NCBI GenBank assembly: GCA_031364845.1
Contig: JANLWX010000028.1
Location: 59,652-123,651 of the forward strand
Source of the DNA: Candidatus Eiseniibacteriota bacterium
Lineage (GTDB): Bacteria; Eisenbacteria; RBG-16-71-46
Direction of reading: 5' to 3'
DNA: 64,000 nt
Positions 52,136 through 60,400 of the stretch are shown piece by piece. The notes below the pieces were generated by a model. The model did not search any database, was not told the DNA's origin, and worked only from the letters and a program-made list of their open reading frames with translations. The position numbers and the translations under genes are program-made. Positions within the stretch are counted from its first letter, which is position 1. Every line of letters starts with the position of its first letter.

Positions 52136-52689
52136 CGTCTCCCGCGGCGCGCGATAGCGCGCTGCAGGAAGGCATGGCCTTCCTGCTCATAGACGTCCAG
52201 GTCAACCAGTTTGATCCCGCGTATCCCGTCGCGGACGGGGAGCAGTTGCTGGAACGCGTGAATGATCTCCTGGGCCGCGCGCGTGCGGCCCAGGTGCATG
52301 TGATCCTGGTCCGCAACTGCGGCGGCGAAGCCGATCCCGACATCAAAGGCACGCCCGGCTGGGAACTGCACCCCGCGATCGTGCCTGCTGCCGGCGAGAC
52401 GCTCCTCGACAAGACGACGTGCGACACGTTCGCGAGCACTTCGCTCGGTGAAGATCTCGCGCGGCTCGGCGTTCGCCGTCTCGTGATCGCGGGCCTGCAG
52501 TCGGACTACTGCATCCGTGAGACGACCCTGGGCGCGCTCGATCGCGGGTTCAACGTGACGCTGGTGTCGGATGCGCACAGCACCGTCGACGGCGGCGGGA
52601 AGACGGCGGCTGAGAAGACTGCGGCGGTGAACGCGGAGCTGGGCGGACGTGTGCGGCTGGTTCCGGCGGATGAGGTGCGGTTCGGGTGA
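52132..52689 (+). CDS. Isochorismatase-family cysteine hydrolase
   Basis: LLIDVQ, DK, GLQSDYCI (Asp-Lys-Cys triad), VSDAHST; ATGA overlap. Confidence 0.9.
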   Translation: MTSPAARDSALQEGMAFLLIDVQVNQFDPAYPVADGEQLLERVNDLLGRARAAQVHVILVRNCGGEADPDIKGTPGWELHPAIVPAAGETLLDKTTCDTFASTSLGEDLARLGVRRLVIAGLQSDYCIRETTLGALDRGFNVTLVSDAHSTVDGGGKTAAEKTAAVNAELGGRVRLVPADEVRFG

Positions 52690-52726
52690 GGCCGTGCCCG
52701 CGGTCCCGGCTCAGAAGCCAATAATT

Positions 52727-52748
52727 CAACTGTCCGCGCGGACAGTTG
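52727..52748. repeat. Perfect 22-bp palindrome CAACTGTCCGCGCGGACAGTTG
   Basis: Sequence equals its own reverse complement. Confidence 0.9.
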
Positions 52749-53034
52749 GGAGACTGTCGGATCCGTTTCCAGTGTGCCCGGTTCGTACCCGATTTCGTGC
52801 TTGACAGCTTTGCGAGCGTAATTTCGAAACTCCCGCCACCGCCCGCCGTGCCGCGTCGTATTGCGCGCAGATCGCGTGCTCGCGCATTCAATCCGCCCGG
52901 CCGCGAAAACTTTCGCGACGCATGCTTGAATGCAGACTGAGTTGATCTCCCAGCGTCGCAAACGCGTGATGTAGAATCAACGCGTGTTCATCGCCCCCGC
53001 GACCGGATGCTTTGTCGTCACGCGGGGAGGGATC

Positions 53035-54123
53035 ATGAGCAGGTACTTGCTTTGCCATCGGACCCATCAGGTTGTGCTTCAAGGCCTCGCGACGCTCGTC
53101 GCTCGAGGCTGCACGCACACGGCGGACCTCGTCGCCCATATTGGTGAAGTCGACAGCCGCAGGCTCTTCCTGCCGACGGGGCATCCCTCGATGTTCTCCT
53201 ACTGCGTGAATGTGTTGCACTTCTCCGAGCAGGCGGCGTACAAACGCATTCGTGTCGCGCGCATGGCGCGCAGGTTCCCGGTGATCTATGACGCGCTCGC
53301 GGAAGGCCGCGTACATCTGAGCGGATTGTTCCTGCTGAAGACGCACATGTCCCGCCGCAACGCGGCGGAGCTTCTCGCGGCGGCGCCTGTTGCCAGTCCG
53401 GATGCGGCCATCGTCGCGGACACTCAAGATCAACTGTCCGTGCGGACAGTCGCATCTTCGGTCCGCAGGACCGAAGAAGGGGTGTCGCCCGAGGCAGACG
53501 CGAGCACCGTTGGCGAGTCCGTCGATGATTGCGGGTTGCTGACAGCAGAAGATCCTTCGGTCCTTCGGACCGAAGAGCGTAAACCGCCGAAAGTCGCGCC
53601 CCTCTCGCCGAAGCGCTACGCGCTTCAGTTGACCATGAGCCAGGAGATGCACGACAAGCTGCGTCATGCGCAGGCGCTGATGTCGCACGCGTCGCCCTTG
53701 GGTGAGGTGACAGCCGTGATCGAGCGCGCACTCGATGCGCTGATCACGAAGCTCGAGAAGGCCAAGTACGCCGCGACCGAGAAGCCGCGCGCCATCAAAG
53801 CGAAGGCCAGCACGAATCCGCGGCAGATTCCGGCGCACGTCAAGAGGGCAGTTCGCGAACGTGACGGATTTCAATGCACGTTCATTGGCGAGTCAGGCGA
53901 ACGCTGCCCGGAGCGGCATTTTCTGGAATTCGATCACATTGAGCCCGTATCCCGCGGTGGCAAAGCCACCGCGGAAGGGATGCGCCTCAGATGCCGCGCA
54001 CACAACCAGTACGAAGCGGAAAGGATGTTCGGAGCGGCGTTCATGGAACAGAAGCGCACCGCGGCGCGGCGCGCGAAGAATTACTCGATCACTACACAAG
54101 CAATCGCCAGCCCACCATCATGA
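53035..54123 (+). CDS. HNH endonuclease with DUF222-like N-terminal region
   Basis: GGAGG RBS; VRERDGFQC..C..LEFDHIEP..GG..LRCRAHN. Confidence 0.85.
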   Translation: MSRYLLCHRTHQVVLQGLATLVARGCTHTADLVAHIGEVDSRRLFLPTGHPSMFSYCVNVLHFSEQAAYKRIRVARMARRFPVIYDALAEGRVHLSGLFLLKTHMSRRNAAELLAAAPVASPDAAIVADTQDQLSVRTVASSVRRTEEGVSPEADASTVGESVDDCGLLTAEDPSVLRTEERKPPKVAPLSPKRYALQLTMSQEMHDKLRHAQALMSHASPLGEVTAVIERALDALITKLEKAKYAATEKPRAIKAKASTNPRQIPAHVKRAVRERDGFQCTFIGESGERCPERHFLEFDHIEPVSRGGKATAEGMRLRCRAHNQYEAERMFGAAFMEQKRTAARRAKNYSITTQAIASPPS

Positions 54124-54194
54124 GACAGCGACAAATGCGATCCCGTGGCTCCGAGTTGTTCGAACCGCTCGCGCGCCGACCCGTGGAACTCGAG
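54081..54194 (-). pseudogene. Diverged duplicate of acpS 3' end (37 codons + stop)
   Basis: LEFHGSARERFEQLGATGSHLSLSHDGGLAIACVVIE* aligns to the AcpS C-terminus at 62900-63016. Confidence 0.92.
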
Positions 54195-54340
54195 CGCGGC
54201 TACGACGTGACGCTGGTTCGGATGCGCACAGCACCGTCGATGGCGGCGGGATGACGGCCAGCGAGAAGACTGCGGCCGTGAACGCGGAGCTGGGGACTCG
54301 CGCCCAGCTCGTGAGGACCGAGGACGTGCGGTTCGAGTGA
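54189..54340 (+). pseudogene. Diverged, frameshifted duplicate of the cysteine hydrolase 3' end
   Basis: Aligns to 52537-52689 with a 1-nt deletion (CTGGTTCGG vs CTGGTGTCGG). Confidence 0.92.
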
Positions 54341-54357
54341 CGTGAAGCACCCGTCAC

Positions 54358-54393
54358 AAAAAAAAGACGCCCACCCTGTGGAGGGTGGGCGTC
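54358..54393 (-). terminator. Intrinsic terminator of the giant protein gene
   Basis: 12-bp perfect stem GACGCCCACCCT/AGGGTGGGCGTC, 4-nt loop, U8 tail on minus strand. Confidence 0.9.
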
Positions 54394-54407
54394 GGTAGGA
54401 ATCCGTT

Positions 54408-57400
54408 TCAGTTCACGATCGTGAATCGCCCATGGATCACGCCTTCGGCGGCGTCGAGTCGATAGAAGTAGGCGCCTGCAGCAATCGCCGAAGCGGTCGC
54501 GGGAGCGCGCAACGCGATCCGGTGGGATCCGGCCGCCATCCATGCCTCGTTGATCGGCTGCGAAACGGCACGGCCCTGGGCATCGAAGATCCGCAGGCGG
54601 ACGCGACCTTCACGTGTCGTCGTGAACAGCAGCTCGCCCTGCGGCCCGACCGGGTTCGACGTCACGCGCGCACCGAAAGCCGGTGCCGGCGTTCCGGCAC
54701 GGACCGCACTTGCCGCCGAGGCGCCGCCGGAAACCCGCACGATGCTGATGTCGTCCACGATGAAGACCTCGTTCGCCGCCACCGGGTAGTCGTTGATCTC
54801 GATGTCGAGGTACGAATCCGCGGTTCGCGACAGGTAGTCGATCGTGACTTCCTTCCACGAGGTCGACAGCACGATGGGATCCGAGTACGCGGATGACCCC
54901 TGTTGAACGCCGCCCACGAACTCGCGCACCTTGATCTTGATCGAGCCCTTGGCCGATGCCGCCCGCACCCACGCCGAGATGCGATACGCGGTGCCCGCGC
55001 TGCCGGCGTTGGCGATCCAGTTCGGCTCGTCGGTGATGCCGAAGGTGGTCCCCGCGGAGCTCGTAATCTGAAGCGCGTAGCTTCCGTTGCGTCCGGCCGG
55101 GATCCGCATGAGCGTGGCGCTTCCCGTTTTGGCCCAGCCCGTGATTGCGCTCTCGAAGCCCGGGTTGCCGACCAGGTTGATCCCTGAAGGCGGACGATTC
55201 ACCGTGATCGGCACCGTCACGGCACCGGTCACGACATTGCGCGCCGTGAACGTCACGGCGAACGGGTCACCGCGCACGAATGAAGGATCCGGCGTCCAGG
55301 TCAGCGTGCCGGCCGTGTTCGTGGAGTTGGCCACGAACACCGCGCCGTGATTCGCGGGCAACTGTGAAAGGTCGACGGACATCGCGGTGATCGCGTCTCC
55401 ATCGGGGTCGGACGCCGTGATCTCGACCGAGATCTGCGCGCCGGCCGTCGCCGAGACGGATGCCGGAACGACCAGCACCGGGGCGCGATCGACGTTGGTC
55501 ACGAACACGTTCGTCGACACCGAGGCCGTGAGCCCGTTCGAGGCGGTGAATGTCAACGGATAGCCTTCGGTCCGGCCATCGGCGTAGGTCGGGGTCCAGG
55601 TCAGCGTGCCGGTGGCATTCGAGGCGCCGGGAACGAAGGTCGCGTTGCTTCCCGCCGGCAGGCCCGCGAGGCTGGCCGACAGTGAAGTGATCGCCTGCCC
55701 CTCGACGCTCGTCACCGTGACCGGAACGATGACCTGACCGTTTTCGCTGACGCTCACGGTCGCTGGTGCGGTGATCACGGGCGCCATGGTCGCCGGGCTC
55801 ACCCATGCGATCGCCATGTCGTCGACCTGCAGGACTTCATTCGCGGCGACCGGGTAGTCGTTCACTTCGACGTCGAGCATCGAGCCCGCCGCGAGTGCGG
55901 TGTAGTTGAACGAAAGAAGCTGCCATGACGGCGACAGGGTGACCGTCGGCGAGTAGACGGAGGGTCCCTGCTGGACGCCTCCGAGGAACTCGCGCAGCTT
56001 GATCTTGGCGGTGCCGCCGCTCGACGGCGAACGCACCCACGCCGTGACGCGATACGTCAGGCCCGGGGCGCCGACGCCGGTCACCGAGTTCGGTTCATCG
56101 GTGATGCCGAAGGTCGTCGTCGACGTGGAGGCGACTTCGAGGCAGAACGAACCCGTGCGGCCGGGCGCGACTCGCGCGAGCGTCGCGCTGCCGTTCTTCG
56201 CCCAGCCTGACGTGTTCGTCTCGAATCCGCCGTTGGCGACGAAGTTCGAGGGCGGGGCGGCGACGGTGATCGTCCGCGTCGCGGTGGACGTTCCACCAAC
56301 ATTGTCCGTCGCGCGCACCGACGCGGTGTACGTGCCGGGCGCATAGAGGTGCGAAACGGCCGGAGCAGACTGCGGCCCGCTGGCCGGTGTGCCGTCGCCG
56401 AAGTCGAACGCGTAGGAAGCGATGGTGCCGTCGCGATCGGTGGATCCCGCGGTGTTGAACTGCACCTGGAGCGGCCCGATGCCCGACGCCGGACTGGCCG
56501 AGAACACGACTTCCGGCAGCGCGTTGATGACGATCGACACCGAAGCCGACGCAGTGAGCGCGTTGGACGCGGTGAACGTCACGCCATAGGGTGCCACACG
56601 TCCCATTCCGGAAGCCGGCGTCCAGCGGAACGTGCCGGTGGCATTCGACGGATCGGGCGTGAACGTCGCGTTGGACGTCGCCGGGAGATCTCCGAGGTTC
56701 GCCGCCAGGGCAGCGACCGGGTCCTGGTCCGGGTCCGAAGCGGACACCGTGAACGTCACCGGCTGGCCTTCCTGACCGCGCACGAGGGCCTCGACCGTGA
56801 TCACCGCCGGGCGATCGACGTTGGTGACCGTCACCGCGCATTCCGCCACGGCAGCGAGTGTGTTCCCGGCCGTGAAGCGGACGCGGAAGGGAGCAACGCG
56901 GCCGTCGTTGAACGTGGGCGTCCAGGACAACCGGCCGCCCGTCTTCGTGGAATTCGGAACGAACACCGCTCCGTGTCCCGCGGGCAGATCCGACAGGTCC
57001 GCGACGAGCGAGGTGAGGGTCTCGCCGTCGGGGTCCGCGGCCGTGACGTCGAGTTGGAACAATTGATTCTCGGCCGCCCCCGCGATGGCGGCGACGTTCA
57101 CGACCGGCCGTCGATCGTTGATGATCGTCGTCGCCGCCGTGCCGGGCAGGCTGTTCACGGCGCGGAAGCGGATCACGTACGGGCCGTATCCGTCTGCAGC
57201 CGTCGGCTGCCAGTCGAACGTTCCGGACGTTCCGGTCGCGTTGACCGTGAAGGTCGCGTTGCTGCCGGCCGGCAATCCCGAAAGGTCGGCCGACAGCGAA
57301 TCGATCGGCTCGCCATCCGGGTCGGCCGCGGTGACCGTGAAGCTCACCGCTCCGCCGTCGGTCGTCCGCCACGTGGCAGGAGCGGTGACGATCAGAGGCT

Positions 57401-60400
57401 GGTTGCTCTCATGCACCTCGATCGTCGTCGTCGTGGAGTGGGTGATCGTGTTGATGGCCGTGAACGCCACCGTGTAGGGCCCGGGAGCATCATCGAAACC
57501 GGGGGTCCACTGGAGCACGCCCGCAGTGTGGCTGGCGTTCGGCGTGAACACCGCGTTGTGACCGGCGGGCAGCTCCGACAGGTCGGCTTCGAGCGCGATG
57601 ATGGGCTGACCCGCGTCTGGATCGGATGCCGTAACCGTGATCGTCAGCGGCTGGCCCTCGTTGGCGATCACCGACTCAGGCGCGATCAAGACCGGCGCAC
57701 GGTCGACCGTGATGGCGGTGCTGCGCGTCGCGCTGAGCGCGTTTGCCGCACGGAACGTCACGTTGTACAGGCTGCTGAGCGTCTGATCGGGGTCGGGTGT
57801 CCACGTCAGAGTGCCGGCGGTCTTCGTGGCGTTCGGAACGAACGTGGCCCCGTGACCCGGCGGCAGACTCGAGAGGTCGGCGGTGAGCGAAGTGATGGGC
57901 TCGTTGTCAGGATCCGATGCCGAGACCGTCATCGTGAGCATCGAGCCCGCGGTGACCAGGGCCGTTGCGGAGGCCGTCAATACCGGCGCGCGGTCGATGT
58001 TGATCACCGTGATCGACGAGTTGGCGATCCCGGTCAGCGTGTTTGCCGCCAGAAAGCGGACCGCGTAAGGCCCCGGCGCGTGCAGGTAGTTGGGTTTCCA
58101 CGTCAGCACCCCGCCGGTCTTCGCGGCGTTGGGCGCGAACACGGCGTTGTGACCCGCAGGGAGCGCCAAGAAGTCCGCGACGAGCGACGTGATCGGCTGG
58201 CCGTCGGGATCCGAGGCCGTCACGCCGAGCGTCAGCTGCTGATTCTCCTTCACGCTGACATTCGATTGCGCGAAGACGACCGGGTGATGATCGACCTGGA
58301 TGCGCGTCTGGGCGGAGCCCGAAACGGCATTCGACGCGACGATCGTCACGAGATACGGACCCCGGTCCGAACCCCGCGGCGTCCACGTGACGGTGCCGCC
58401 GAGCAGATCGTCATCCGTCTCCAGCACCGGATCACCGCCGGCGGGGAGGCTGGACAGATCGGCCGTCAACGACGTGACCGCGTCGCCGTCCGGATCGGCG
58501 ACCAGGAACTCGAGCGTGAACGATTCGTTGTCGGGCGCGATGACGGTCGGGACGACTGTGATCACCGGCGCGCGGTCGACATTGTGCACGACGATGGACG
58601 TGAAGGCCGAGCTGGAAAGTGCGTTCGACGCGCGGAATCCGATCCGATAGACGCCCGAGTCCGCGTAGGTCGGCGTCCACACCAGCGTGCCGCCGGTACG
58701 GGTCGCGTTCGCGGTGAACACGGCGCCGTTGCCCGCAGGGAGAGACGAGAGGTCGGCCACCAGCGACGCGATCGAATCACCGTCGGCGTCGGCAGCGGCG
58801 ATGTCGAGCCGCAGCGTGGTGACTTCGTCGACATCCGCCGACGCAGCGGCCACGACTTGCGGGCCGCGATCGACGTTCACGACGCGGATCATGGTCCGCG
58901 CGAAACCGGTCAGGTCGTTGGTCGCGGTGAACGTCACGCCGTAGGTGCCCGAATCCGACATCGACGGTGTCCAGGACAGGATTCCGCGGTCTCTCGAGTC
59001 ACCCGGCGTGAACACGGCCGAGTGGCCGGCGGGAAGGCCGGACAGGTCCGTGGTCAGCGAGACGATCGCCTCTTCGTCGAGATCGGAGGCGCTCACCGTG
59101 ATCGAAAGCGGCTCGCCTTCGTTCACCGTCAAGAGCCCCGGGGCTGTGACGACCGGCGCGTGGTTCATCTTTTCGACGTGCACCAGAAGGGTCCGGGTGG
59201 CGGACAGGGCGTTTGCCGCGGTGAAAGACACCGGGTAATTGCGCGCTCCGCCGCCGGCCGGCGGCGTCCAGCGCAGCGTTCCACCGGTCCGGGTCGCGTT
59301 GGGCGAGAACGTCGCACCGTGACCGGCGGGAAGGCCGCTCAAATCGGCGCTCAGCAGCGAGATGGCGTCTCCGTCGGGGTCGCTCGCGGGGAAGCTCAGC
59401 ACCAGTTCGCGGCCCTCGAACGCCGCCACCGGGGATTCGAATTGCAGAGCCGGTGCGCGGTCGATGTTGCGCACGAGGATCGCGCCGGTCGCGGTGCCGG
59501 TGCCCGAGTTCTTGGCCGTCAACCTGATGCTATACGCGGTCGACCGCGAATCGTCGAACGTCGGCTTCCACGAGAAGGTACCCTGGGTGTTCGACGCGTT
59601 GGTCGTGAACGTCGCGTTGGATCCCGGCGGGAGTGTGGACAGGTCCGCGGCAAGTGACGAGATCGCCTCGCCGTCGGGGTCGCTCGCGGTGACGGTGAAC
59701 GTGACGGTCGCGTCCTCGTCGACCGAGACGACCGGCGGAACCGACAGGACCGGAACCACCATTGCCGAGGACTGCATGAGGATGTCGTCGACCTGGAAAA
59801 CTTCGCCCGCGACGACGGCGGCGTCGAGCACGTTGAAGTCGAGCACCGAATTGGCGGTGAGCGTCGTGTAGTCGATGCTGAGCTTCTGCCACGCAGGAGT
59901 CAGCGGCACACCCGTCGAGAGCGCGTTCGGACCCTGCAGTACGCCCGCGTTGTACTCGCGCACGCGCAGCTTCGCCAGTCCCCGGTTCGCGGCCGAACGC
60001 ACCCAGGCCTCGAAGTGGTATCGGGAACCCGCGGGCCCGGCGTTCGTGACCATGTCGGGTGAATCATTGAGGCCGAACAGCACCGTGGAATTCGTGCTCG
60101 CGCTGCGCAGTTCGACCGCGTAGGCGCCGGTGCGGCCGCCGGCGACACGAAACAACGTGTCGGGACCGGCGCCGAGCCAACCCTTGGCGTCCTTTTCGAA
60201 GCCCGGGTTGAGCGCGAGGTTGGCATCGGGGTTCAGCGACTGGATCGTGATCAGCGACGAGACCGAGCTGCCGCCGCGATCGTCGGTCACTACGACCTGG
60301 GCGTTCCAGCGGCCGGCGGCATAGACATGCTCGGCGGTCGGGGTGCTCTGCGGTCCCTGCTGGCTGCCGTCGCCGAAGTCGAACCGATAGGAGGTAATTC

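Noticed and set aside
53035..54123. HNH protein as IscB/Cas9-like nuclease or IS transposase
   Set aside because: No RuvC or DDE motifs and no terminal inverted repeats recognised
56349..59657. 1102-aa plus-strand ORF opposite the giant gene; likewise 29911-32184, 39250-41136, 40953-42827 and 2054-3751
   Set aside because: Antisense shadows of well-supported genes, expected at high GC3; no recognisable motifs
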